Counted from the stretch's first letter, positions 18,084 through 26,379 are shown. The stretch: DNA of 38,034 bases from an uncultured Clostridia bacterium (GCA_945830595.1 CALZZH010000001.1:1-38034); one strand, 5' to 3'. Notes: generated by a model from the letters alone, not told the origin. Numbers and translations: made by a program.

Positions 18084-18129
18084 TGAAGCGTAAAGATCCC
18101 GCAAAAGAATTTCATTGGGAGGGTATATG

Positions 18130-19536
18130 ATGGAAAAATTCTTTAAGATTCAAGAACGAAATTCCAGTATCCGGACAGAAATCTTTGCCGGTATTACCAC
18201 CTTCATGGCCATGGCCTATATCCTGATGGTCAACGCCGGCATGTTCTCTGCTCTGGAAGGTCAGGTGACTTACGGCGCGGTCTACATCGCAACTGCACTG
18301 TCTGCAGTTGTCGGCACAGTCCTGATTGGTTTGCTGGCCAATCTTCCGCTGGCACAAGCCTCCGGTATGGGACTTAATGCTTATTTCGTCTACACCGCCT
18401 GCTTCAGCCTTGGGCTTTCTTACGCCAATGCGCTGGTATTGGTGCTGGTAGACGGCCTGGTGTTCCTGCTCCTCACTCTGACTGGCCTGCGGAAACTGAT
18501 CTTCGAGGGTATTCCCGGGGAAGTCAAAGTTGCCATTTCTGCCGGTATCGGCCTGTTCATCGCCTTCATTGGTTTCCAGAATTCCGGAATTGTGGTCAAT
18601 GATCCTGCAACCTGCGTCAACCTTGCCTCTTTCAACGTATACTCGGGAGGCGTCAGCTGGTCTCAGATTATGCCCATGCTGATTACCATCTTTGGTGTTT
18701 TGGCAATCGCCATTCTGGCTCATAAGAAAGTGCGCGGCGCTGTTCTGTGGGGCATCCTGGGATCTGCTGTTGTCTATTATATTCTGGGTCTGCTGACAGT
18801 GCCCGAATTCTACGCAAATAATGTGGCTCCGAATCTCTCTTCCAATTTCTTCTCCGCTTTCCAGGAGTTTGCCGAGTTCTCTTTGTTCCGCGTATTCCGT
18901 GAGGGCTTTGACTTCTCCGCCTACATTGCAGCCAAGGGTGTCGGAAGCTTTATTGTCATGTTCCTGACCACCATGCTTGCTTTCTGCATGGTAGACATGT
19001 TCGACACGCTGGGAACCCTCTATGGCGCCTGCTCCGCCGGCAATATGCTGACGAAAGACGGCGAAGTCCCCAATATGAATAAAGCGATGCTTTCCGATGC
19101 CATCGCCACCTGTGTTGGCGCAGTCTGCGGCACCTCCACTGTCACAACCTTTGTGGAATCCTCCTCCGGTATTTCCGAAGGCGGCAGAACCGGACTCGCT
19201 TCTCTGGTCACAGCAGCACTGTTTTTCATCGCCATGTTCCTGGCGCCCGTGGCCCAGCTGATCCCCACCTACGCCACTGCCACCGCCCTGATTTACGTCG
19301 GCGTCCTGATGATGGCAGGCGTCAAAAATATCGACTGGCAGGATCCCGCAAAGGCACTCCCCGGATTCCTGACGATGGCTGTCATGGTCTTCACTTACAA
19401 CATTTCCTACGGCATTGCCTTCGGTCTGATTTCCTGTGTCGTGATCAAAATCTTCACCGGCAAAGCAAAAGAAATCCATGCTGCCACCTGGGTGATTACG
19501 ATCCTGTTCGCTCTGACCTTCTTCCTGACGCACTGA
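18130..19536 (+). CDS. AzgA-type NCS2 purine permease (adenine/guanine/hypoxanthine class)
   Basis: ORF 18115..19536; start most likely ATG 18130 (GGAGG 18118-18122, 7-nt spacer). MEKFFKIQERNSSIRTEIFAGITTFMAMAYILMVNAGMF... is the typical PbuG/PurP-type N-terminus. Polytopic. Confidence 0.9.
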   Translation: MEKFFKIQERNSSIRTEIFAGITTFMAMAYILMVNAGMFSALEGQVTYGAVYIATALSAVVGTVLIGLLANLPLAQASGMGLNAYFVYTACFSLGLSYANALVLVLVDGLVFLLLTLTGLRKLIFEGIPGEVKVAISAGIGLFIAFIGFQNSGIVVNDPATCVNLASFNVYSGGVSWSQIMPMLITIFGVLAIAILAHKKVRGAVLWGILGSAVVYYILGLLTVPEFYANNVAPNLSSNFFSAFQEFAEFSLFRVFREGFDFSAYIAAKGVGSFIVMFLTTMLAFCMVDMFDTLGTLYGACSAGNMLTKDGEVPNMNKAMLSDAIATCVGAVCGTSTVTTFVESSSGISEGGRTGLASLVTAALFFIAMFLAPVAQLIPTYATATALIYVGVLMMAGVKNIDWQDPAKALPGFLTMAVMVFTYNISYGIAFGLISCVVIKIFTGKAKEIHAATWVITILFALTFFLTH

Positions 19537-19581
19537 TGTCTTCACGCATCCCCGTCTGAAATTTATTCTGGGATAGCACAG

Positions 19582-19633
19582 TCCCTCCTTTCCGCGCATA
19601 GGATATCCTATGTGTGAAAGGAGGGATCTTTTT
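19582..19633 (+). terminator. intrinsic terminator of the permease gene that also contains the next gene's SD
   Basis: tccctcctttc (19582-19592) pairs with gaaaggaggga (19616-19626). An inner perfect palindrome ATAGGATATCCTAT lies at 19598-19611. The hairpin is followed by TCTTTTT. Confidence 0.6.
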
Positions 19634-20018
19634 GGCTTCTCAAGGCTCGGTAATCGCGAGAGTCTATACATCAGACGCCTATTTGCCGCTGCAAGGGGCC
19701 CCGGTGACCTTTACCCAGACATCACAGGACGGGCAGCGGCATCTCATCGCAATCCGCCTGACAGACAGCAGCGGGCTCACCGCTCCCCTGATGATCGATA
19801 CGCCGGATATCTCGGAATCTCTGTCTCCCGGCATGCCTTTGCAACCCTATGCCACCGTCAACATCGGCGTCTCCTATCCCGGCTACAGCAGCATACAGGC
19901 AGAGGGTGTGCAGGTATTTCCCGGTGTGGAGACCATCCAGGGATTGCAGCTGCAGCCGGCAGCGGCCGTCGGTCAGGACTATTCCGTCACGTTCCCCGGT
20001 TCCTCCCAAAATCTTTGA
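19632..20018 (+). CDS. SleC-like pre-pro (N-terminal) region encoded as a separate ORF
   Basis: ORF 19614..20018; start most likely TTG 19632, 7 nt after AGGAGG (19619-19624). ...SVIARVYTSDAYLPLQGAPVTFTQTSQDG... resembles the N-terminal domain of clostridial SleC as I recall it. It is in the same frame as the next ORF, separated by TGA 20016-20018. Confidence 0.55.
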   Translation: MASQGSVIARVYTSDAYLPLQGAPVTFTQTSQDGQRHLIAIRLTDSSGLTAPLMIDTPDISESLSPGMPLQPYATVNIGVSYPGYSSIQAEGVQVFPGVETIQGLQLQPAAAVGQDYSVTFPGSSQNL

Positions 20019-20033
20019 ATCCGGAGGTCCCTT

Positions 20034-21230
20034 ATGCCTGAAACACCGAATATCTTTCCTTATATCCCGGAAACAATCACTGTCCATCTGGGCCCTCCGG
20101 ACTCTCCCGCAAGAAACGTGACCGTTCCCTTTTCTGAGTATGTAAAGAATGTCGCTTCCAGCGAAGTCTATCCAACGTGGTCGGAAAGCGCTTTACGGGC
20201 CAATATTCTGGCCATCATGTCGTTCGTCCTCAACCGTATCTACACGGAGTATTACCGCAGCCGCGGCTATGACTTTGATATCACCAACTCCACTGCCATC
20301 GATCAAGCTTTTGTGGAAGGACGCAGCTATTTTGAAAATATTTCCCAGCTTGTGGACGAAATGTTAGGCAGTTACCTGCGCCGTACGGGCTTCATCGAGC
20401 CGCTGGCTTCCAAATTCTGCAACGGTACCACAGTGGTCTGTGAAGGTCTCAGCCAATGGGGCTCCGAAGAACTGGCGCAGCAGGGATATAACTCCGTGGA
20501 AATCCTTCGGTATTATTACGGCGACGATATCGAAATTGTCACCGATGCACCAATCCGCGGCATTACAGAATCCTATCCGGGGACGCCGCTCCGGCTGGGC
20601 AGTACCGGGCCTTATGTAACAATCGTACAATCCGCACTGAACCGGATCGGGCAAAACTATCCGGCCATTCCAAAAATCAATCCGGTGGACGGAATCTTCG
20701 GTCCCCAGACCGAAGCTGCAGTCCGGGCATTCCAGCAGATTTTTTCCTTGACGCCGGACGGTATCGTCGGCAGAGCCACCTGGAATCAGATCACGCGAAT
20801 CTATGTGGCCATTCTCCGTTTGGCCGAACTGCAATCGCAGGGACAGCAGCAATACTTTATTGGGCCTTATCCCAGAGACCTGTCAGAGGGGAATTCGGGA
20901 GATACCATCCGGCAGCTGCAATATATGCTCAATGTCCTGAGTAATTTTATCCCAAGCATTTCCAACGTAGCGGAAACGGGGACCTACGATACGGCCACCC
21001 GTGACGCTGTGCGTGCTTTTCAGCAGCAGTTCGGCCTGCCAGTCACGGGAACAGTGGATGCCCAGACATGGGACGCCATTTATGAGCAGTTTTCCGGCAT
21101 CGAAAGTACCGTGTTTGACCAGGACGTTTTATTCCCGGAAACGGAAATTTATACAGAAACCACTCGCTTTCAGCAATATCCAGGTCAGCCGCTGCAGCCA
21201 GGATCTGAAGATGGAGGTGCCGCTTTTTGA
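20034..21230 (+). CDS. SleC-like spore cortex-lytic enzyme, catalytic region plus two PG_binding_1 repeats
   Basis: GGAGG 6 nt upstream of the ATG. PETITVHLGPPDSPARNVTVPFSEYVKNVASSEVYPTWSESALRANILAIMSFVLNRIYTEYYRSRGYDFDITNST...LSQWGSEELAQQGYNSVEILRYYYGDDIEI. Two repeats of the type DGIFGPQTEAAVRAFQQIFSLTPDGIVGRATW follow. Confidence 0.8.
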   Translation: MPETPNIFPYIPETITVHLGPPDSPARNVTVPFSEYVKNVASSEVYPTWSESALRANILAIMSFVLNRIYTEYYRSRGYDFDITNSTAIDQAFVEGRSYFENISQLVDEMLGSYLRRTGFIEPLASKFCNGTTVVCEGLSQWGSEELAQQGYNSVEILRYYYGDDIEIVTDAPIRGITESYPGTPLRLGSTGPYVTIVQSALNRIGQNYPAIPKINPVDGIFGPQTEAAVRAFQQIFSLTPDGIVGRATWNQITRIYVAILRLAELQSQGQQQYFIGPYPRDLSEGNSGDTIRQLQYMLNVLSNFIPSISNVAETGTYDTATRDAVRAFQQQFGLPVTGTVDAQTWDAIYEQFSGIESTVFDQDVLFPETEIYTETTRFQQYPGQPLQPGSEDGGAAF

Positions 21231-21769
21231 GAGACCCCGCATTCTACGTTGGAAAACCGGTTCGCAGCCTGCAAACCATGCTGCGAAACCTATCCGATCT
21301 GGACGACCGCATTCTGCCTGTCATTCCAAACGGCAGTTACGGTGCCAATACCTACGCCTCGGTTCAATCGTTCCAGCAGGCCCATGGTCTGCCTCAGACC
21401 GGAATCGCCGATGGACCTACCTGGCACGCAGTGACCACCGTCCATGACCAGCTTCTGCCGCAGTGGGGCACTCCGGCAGTGATACCCATCTGGTCTCTCG
21501 GGCAAACGATACAACCCGGTCAGTTCAATTATCATATCTACCTGATTCAGGCCATTTTCTCTGCATTGTCTCACTTTTTCCCGGCAATCCAGCGTGCAGA
21601 AGTTACAGGAACCTTGGATTCTTCCACAGAAGCGAACCTCAAATGGCTTCAGCACGCCAGTGGTCTGCCAGAAACAGGCGCATTGGACTCCGCCACCTGG
21701 TATTATCTCAGCGGCTTATACCGTAATATGACCGGCAACGGAACCCGCTCCATGCCGGATAACGGATGA
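21227..21769 (+). CDS. peptidoglycan-binding protein (two PG_binding_1-like repeats)
   Basis: TTG start inside the run CTTTTTGA, overlapping the previous stop; GGAGG 9 nt upstream. Repeats: ...YGANTYASVQSFQQAHGLPQTGIADGPTWHAV... and ...GTLDSSTEANLKWLQHASGLPETGALDSATWYYL... Confidence 0.65.
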   Translation: MRDPAFYVGKPVRSLQTMLRNLSDLDDRILPVIPNGSYGANTYASVQSFQQAHGLPQTGIADGPTWHAVTTVHDQLLPQWGTPAVIPIWSLGQTIQPGQFNYHIYLIQAIFSALSHFFPAIQRAEVTGTLDSSTEANLKWLQHASGLPETGALDSATWYYLSGLYRNMTGNGTRSMPDNG

Positions 21770-21798
21770 GGCGCCGCTGTCTCCAGCAACGCCTCATC
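21765..21798. terminator. weak stem-loop between convergent genes
   Basis: gatgaggcg ... cgcctcatc forms a 9-bp stem with a 16-nt loop. There is no U-tract. Confidence 0.3.
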
Positions 21799-21808
21799 TC
21801 AACAGTGT

Positions 21809-23602
21809 TTATCCTATGGGCTCAAAATCCTGGACGCCGTGCTTACACAAGGGGCAAATGAAATCTTCGGGCAGCTCCTCCCCTTCATAGACATAGCCGC
21901 AGATCTTGCAGACAAATCCCTTTTTCTCACTTTCCGGTCTGGGCTTGACATTCTTCTGATAGTAGGTGTAGGTCATGGTCTCTTTCTCGCTGAGACGGAC
22001 GCACTGCGTAACGTCACAGATAAACATCACATGGGTCTGCAGATCCACCTGGCTGATGACCTTGCAGGAAATATATCCATTGGCATATTTGTCCAGGAAC
22101 AGCAAGCCGTTGCTGGAACGCTGCACATGGCCAAAATCTTTGAACTTATCCACGTCTTTTCCGGACTGGAAGCCAAAATGCTGGAAAATTTTAAACGGTG
22201 CATCCTGCGACAAAGTAGAAATATTCAAAATCCCGGTTTGCGCAATCAGATCGCAGGAATAATTCATTTTATTTACCGTGACGGCAACCCGGTTCGGTGT
22301 ATTGGTGACCTGCGTCACCGTATTCACAATCAGGCCGTTGTCCTTCTGGCCATCTTTGGTTGTCACCAAATAAAGGCCATAGCCAATGTTGAACAGCGCC
22401 GTGGGATCAATAAAGTCTTCCTGCACCTGCACCGGTACATAGGAAGCGGACAGTTCATCGGCCAGCGCAAACACCTGTTCCCTGACGGCGGCATCCATAG
22501 CCGAGTGAATGGTCACTTCATTCTTGGCAAAAGTCAAATTTTTGGACTTGGAAAGTTTTTCCTTCATCACGCGGATGGCCGTGGGTGCCCAGGAACCGTT
22601 TTCCATCAAAGCCACCGTGCGATTCTGGAAGCTGCGCTCCGTCAGCTTGTCCAGGAACGTACGCATAAAGGGGAATACATCTGCATTATAGGTCGTGGTT
22701 GCCAGCACCAGCTTATCATAACGGAATGCATCCTCCACTGCTTCCGCCATGTCACAGCGAGCCAGGTCATGTACTTCCACTGCAGGAACGCCGCGCTTCC
22801 GCAGGCCGTCTGCCAGCAGCTCCACAGCTTCTTTGGTATGTCCATACACAGAGGTGTAGCAGATGCACACGCCCTCGGTTTCCGGCGTATAGCTGGACCA
22901 AAGATCATAAAGCCGAATATAATAACCCAGGTTTTCCGTCAAAATGGGGCCGTGGAGCGGGCAAATCGTCTGAATGTCCAGGGACGCCGCCACTTTTAAC
23001 ACATTCTGCACCTGTTTGCCATACTTCCCGACGATGCCGATATAATATCGCCGGGCCTCACAGGCCCAATCTTCATCCACGTCCAGCGCGCCGAACTTGC
23101 CAAAGCCATCTGCAGAGAACAGGACTTTATCGAAAGCGTCATAGGTCATCATAACTTCCGGCCAATGCACCATAGGCGCGAAAGCAAAGGTCAGAGCATG
23201 ATGTCCCAAACTCAAAGTCTGCATGTTCTCTACCACAAGCGTTTTTTCAAGAACAAGATTGGGGAAAAAGTTCTTAATCATAGGGAACGTCTTTGCATTT
23301 CCCACGACGGTGACATCAGGATAGCGGCTGACAAAGGCCTCAATGGATGCGGCATGATCAGGCTCCATATGCTGGACAACCAGATAGCTGGGCTTGCGGC
23401 CTGCCAAGGCGCCTTCAATATTCTTCAGCCACTCACCTGTTTTCTTCTGGTCAATGGTATCCATAACAGCGATTTGGTCATCCATAATGACATAAGAATT
23501 GTAGGCCATGCCATTGGGAACCACATACTGTCCCTCAAACAGATCAACGTCATGGTCATTGGCGCCGACATAAATAATCGTGTCCGTAATTTTCTTAATC
23601 AT
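21809..23602 (-). CDS. multidomain flavodiiron protein (diiron MBL fold, flavodoxin-like, flavin-reductase-like and rubredoxin domains)
   Basis: ORF 21809..23662 trimmed to ATG 23602 (MIKKITD...). Diiron motif VVQHMEPDHAAS. Flavodoxin-like region ICYTSVYGHTKEAVELL. Flavin-reductase-like region NIGYGLYLVTTKDGQKDNGLIVNTVTQV. C-terminal rubredoxin CKICGYVYEGEELPEDFICPLCKH. Confidence 0.85.
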   Translation of the reverse strand: MIKKITDTIIYVGANDHDVDLFEGQYVVPNGMAYNSYVIMDDQIAVMDTIDQKKTGEWLKNIEGALAGRKPSYLVVQHMEPDHAASIEAFVSRYPDVTVVGNAKTFPMIKNFFPNLVLEKTLVVENMQTLSLGHHALTFAFAPMVHWPEVMMTYDAFDKVLFSADGFGKFGALDVDEDWACEARRYYIGIVGKYGKQVQNVLKVAASLDIQTICPLHGPILTENLGYYIRLYDLWSSYTPETEGVCICYTSVYGHTKEAVELLADGLRKRGVPAVEVHDLARCDMAEAVEDAFRYDKLVLATTTYNADVFPFMRTFLDKLTERSFQNRTVALMENGSWAPTAIRVMKEKLSKSKNLTFAKNEVTIHSAMDAAVREQVFALADELSASYVPVQVQEDFIDPTALFNIGYGLYLVTTKDGQKDNGLIVNTVTQVTNTPNRVAVTVNKMNYSCDLIAQTGILNISTLSQDAPFKIFQHFGFQSGKDVDKFKDFGHVQRSSNGLLFLDKYANGYISCKVISQVDLQTHVMFICDVTQCVRLSEKETMTYTYYQKNVKPRPESEKKGFVCKICGYVYEGEELPEDFICPLCKHGVQDFEPIG

Positions 23603-23633
23603 GCAGAATTGTTCCTCCCATATCTTTTTTTTG

Positions 23634-23662
23634 ATTATATCATGCACATTGATAATAATCAA
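23634..23662 (-). promoter_or_regulatory. candidate promoter of the flavodiiron gene
   Basis: Minus strand: TTGATT (23662-23657), 17 nt, TATAAT (23639-23634), with a TGn extended -10. It overlaps the cca stop codon. Confidence 0.6.
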
Positions 23663-24765
23663 TTCTGACGCCTGGCTATTTTCAGTAAAATCTCCTTTTG
23701 ATTATCCTCAGGATGCTCCAAAACATGGCATAATAAGGTATGAAGGAGCTTCCCGACCTCCTGGCCGTGAAGCTGAGGGAAATCTGATCCCCTGACAGCC
23801 AGATCTCGAAGGCAAACGCACTGACCGGAATTCAAAATTTCCTCTATCTGCTCCGGGCATCCGGCCAGCGCTGCAACAACCTCAGCCAGTTGTGTCCCCT
23901 GATCCGCAATCAATTGTTTCCATGCTGCGGTTGACTGCGGCGGTTTGCTGGCAGCTGCAGCCAACGCAGTCCTGGTAGTTCGTCTGTCCAGACGCAGTGC
24001 TTCCAACTTCAGATTCGGCCAGCTGCGGCAAAGCGCTGCCCAGCGTACTGTCCGGTCCGGCGGCAAGTCTGCAATCCATCGACACGATGTACCGCCCAAC
24101 TCCGTAAAGGCTTCCAGCAGACCCATTGCGGCCATATCATCCAGGCGTTCAGGATGCTCAGACAACAGTGTTTTCTCCATCTCCTCCCGCACCCGTTCTG
24201 CCGAAAGGTTTCTGGCCAGCGGCGCACATTGTCGGATAGCCAGCTCCGTTTGCGGCTCCAGCGTAAAACTCAGCTGTGCCGAAAAGCGCAGCGCACGAAG
24301 CATTCTCAGCGCATCCTCCTGAAAACGGCGCAGAGGCTCTCCCACACACCGCAGAAGCCGCCGCTTCAGATCGGACTGCCCCTCAAATAAGTCGGTTATT
24401 TTTTCAGCCCCGTCCATGGCCATGGCGTTGATGGTAAAATCACGCCGTGCCAAATCCTCCCGCAGGGAACGAACAAACGTCACCTGATCCGGATGTCTGC
24501 CATCCTCATAACGCCCATCCGTACGATAAGTCGTCACCTCTGCTTTCACCTGATCCAGAAGTACGGTGACAGTTCCGTGCCGGACTCCAGTTGGAATACA
24601 ATGCGGAAAACACGCCATCACTTCCTCCGGCAACGCAGAAGTCGTAATGTCCCAGTCGTGTACTTCCCGTCCGAGAAGAATGTCGCGGACACAGCCGCCC
24701 ACATAGTACGCTTCATATCCGGCGCTGTGGAGGATATTCAAAATTTCTGTTGGCATTTGTGCCAT
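23659..24765 (-). CDS. cca: CCA-adding tRNA nucleotidyltransferase
   Basis: ORF 23659..24885. YYVGGCVRDILLGREVHDWDITT...TYRTDGRYEDGRHPD...RRDFTINAMA. The start is ambiguous (ATG 24765 preferred; also 24789 or 24756). Confidence 0.85.
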   Translation of the reverse strand: MAQMPTEILNILHSAGYEAYYVGGCVRDILLGREVHDWDITTSALPEEVMACFPHCIPTGVRHGTVTVLLDQVKAEVTTYRTDGRYEDGRHPDQVTFVRSLREDLARRDFTINAMAMDGAEKITDLFEGQSDLKRRLLRCVGEPLRRFQEDALRMLRALRFSAQLSFTLEPQTELAIRQCAPLARNLSAERVREEMEKTLLSEHPERLDDMAAMGLLEAFTELGGTSCRWIADLPPDRTVRWAALCRSWPNLKLEALRLDRRTTRTALAAAASKPPQSTAAWKQLIADQGTQLAEVVAALAGCPEQIEEILNSGQCVCLRDLAVRGSDFPQLHGQEVGKLLHTLLCHVLEHPEDNQKEILLKIARRQN

Positions 24766-24809
24766 GGCCCTTATTTCTCCTTTTGCCATATTATGGTGAA
24801 AATTTCTGC

Positions 24810-24838
24810 TTGTCTTATGGGCAAAACTGGTATATAAT
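24810..24838 (+). promoter_or_regulatory. candidate murC promoter
   Basis: TTGTCT (24810-24815), 17 nt, TATAAT (24833-24838). Confidence 0.5.
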
Positions 24839-24856
24839 GCAACACTGGTATCTGTT

Positions 24857-24885
24857 ATTATAAAAAAAACGGACCTGTCCTGCAA
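24857..24885 (-). promoter_or_regulatory. candidate cca promoter
   Basis: Minus strand: TTGCAG (24885-24880), 17 nt, TATAAT (24862-24857). Confidence 0.45.
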
Positions 24886-24917
24886 CAGGTTTTTTATTCT
24901 CTGGAGGAATCCAAATT

Positions 24918-26294
24918 ATGAACGTTTCATCCGGCAAGTCTATTGTGGATTATCTGAAGCCCGGCATGCATGCCCATCTGGTTGGCATCGGCGGCGTATC
25001 CATGCGGCCCCTGGGTTTGGTTCTCCGGTCTCAGGGTCTGATTATCTCCGGCTCTGATATGAACTCCTCCGTCTCTACGGATGAGTTGATTGCCAAGGGA
25101 ATTACCGTTCACATTGGCCACAATGCGGACAATATCCAGGGCGCCGATTGCATCATCCGTACTGCCGCCGCCCGTAATGATAATCCGGAAATAGCCGCTG
25201 CCAGAGCACTCGGGATTCCTGTGTTTGAGCGTGCGCAGGCCTGGGGCGTCATCATGCAGCATTATCCCAACGCCATCTGTGTTTCCGGCACCCACGGGAA
25301 AACTACAACGACTTCCATGATCACACAAATTTTTATGGAAGCCAAAAAAGACCCCACTGTCATGATTGGCGGCACGTTGCCGCTTATTCACGCCGGCCAC
25401 CGGGTCGGCAGCGGGGATACCATTATTTTGGAGAGCTGCGAATATTGTAACTCTTTCCTGAATTTCTTCCCCACTGTTGCGCTGATTCTGAATATTGAAG
25501 CGGACCATCTGGATTTTTTCAAGGACTTGAAGGATATTCAGCATTCCTTCCGGCAGTTTGCGCAGTTGGTGCCGGAGCGGGGCCGTGTAATTGCCAATGG
25601 TGATGATGCCAATACAGTGGAAGCGCTGGAGGGCATGCAGTATCTCACGTTTGGCTTAACTGACAGAAACGCCGTGCATGGTGCCAATTACTCCGAAGAT
25701 TGGCGCAGCTTCGACGTCATTTGCGAGGGCACTCATTATGCCCATTTGCAGCTCTCGGTTGTCGGACGCCACAATACCCTGAACGCCATTGCTGCATGTG
25801 CTGCGGCTTATAATGCCGGTTTGCCCGGACGCACGGCTGAGGCGGCGTTGGCCCGCTTCACCGGTGCAGGACGGCGCATGGAATATAAAGGGAGCTACCA
25901 TGGCGCCGATATCTACGACGACTATGCGCATCATCCCGGCGAATTGCATGCCTTGCTGACTGCCGCGAAATCCCTGGGATACAAGCGGATTATCTGCGCA
26001 TTCCAGCCGCATACCTATACCCGCACCAAGGCTCTGTTTGATGATTTTGTGCGGGAACTGAAAGCGGCAGACCTGCCTGTTCTGACTGACATCTATGCAG
26101 CAAGAGAGCAGAATTTTATTGGCATCTCCTCCAAAATGATCGCAGACCGGCTGGAAGGGTCCGTATACTGCCCCTCTTTGCAGGATGTGACGGCCTATCT
26201 GAAAGAAGAGGCCCGGCCCGGGGACCTGATTCTGACAGTTGGCGCAGGAGACATCTACAAAGCCGGCGACGCGCTTTTGAAACCATCTCATTAA
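24918..26294 (+). CDS. murC: UDP-N-acetylmuramate--L-alanine ligase
   Basis: 458 aa. HLVGIGGVSMRPLGLVLRSQGLIISGSD...VSGTHGKTTTTSMI...DDYAHHPGE. GGAGG lies upstream of the ATG. Confidence 0.95.
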   Translation: MNVSSGKSIVDYLKPGMHAHLVGIGGVSMRPLGLVLRSQGLIISGSDMNSSVSTDELIAKGITVHIGHNADNIQGADCIIRTAAARNDNPEIAAARALGIPVFERAQAWGVIMQHYPNAICVSGTHGKTTTTSMITQIFMEAKKDPTVMIGGTLPLIHAGHRVGSGDTIILESCEYCNSFLNFFPTVALILNIEADHLDFFKDLKDIQHSFRQFAQLVPERGRVIANGDDANTVEALEGMQYLTFGLTDRNAVHGANYSEDWRSFDVICEGTHYAHLQLSVVGRHNTLNAIAACAAAYNAGLPGRTAEAALARFTGAGRRMEYKGSYHGADIYDDYAHHPGELHALLTAAKSLGYKRIICAFQPHTYTRTKALFDDFVRELKAADLPVLTDIYAAREQNFIGISSKMIADRLEGSVYCPSLQDVTAYLKEEARPGDLILTVGAGDIYKAGDALLKPSH

Positions 26295-26309
26295 ATCCAA
26301 TTTTCAAAA

Positions 26310-26336
26310 GGGAGGCCCTTTGCGGCCTCTCTTTTC
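26310..26336 (+). terminator. murC intrinsic terminator
   Basis: gggaggcc-ctttgc-ggcctctc forms an 8-bp stem including one G-U pair, followed by TTTT. It begins 16 nt after the murC stop. Confidence 0.65.
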
Positions 26337-26350
26337 CTGCCCCGGGTTGG

Positions 26351-26379
26351 TTGACTCTTTCTTCCAATCCCGTTATAAT
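26351..26379 (+). promoter_or_regulatory. sigma-A promoter of the MATE gene
   Basis: TTGACT (26351-26356), 17 nt, TATAAT (26374-26379). Confidence 0.7.

Noticed and set aside
17860-18129. I expected a purine riboswitch between the PRTase and the AzgA-type permease. The string TATATGGCACGC resembles part of the guanine-riboswitch core.
   Set aside because: The match is the reverse complement of a perfect TTGACA-17-TATAAT promoter on the minus strand. No P1/P2/P3 three-way junction can be drawn on either strand. Both leaders are only about 45 nt long.
18112-19671. 519-aa ORF on the minus strand.
   Set aside because: It is antisense to the well-supported AzgA-type permease. Its G/D/H/Q-rich low-complexity translation is typical of a shadow frame in GC-rich coding DNA.
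21839-22999. 386-aa plus-strand ORF.
   Set aside because: It is antisense to the flavodiiron protein gene.
24862-24896. A8-hairpin-T6 element that looked like a terminator in the murC leader.
   Set aside because: The stem is only 6 bp (acctgt/acaggt). No gene ends here. The segment is better explained as the spacer and -35 of the divergent cca promoter.
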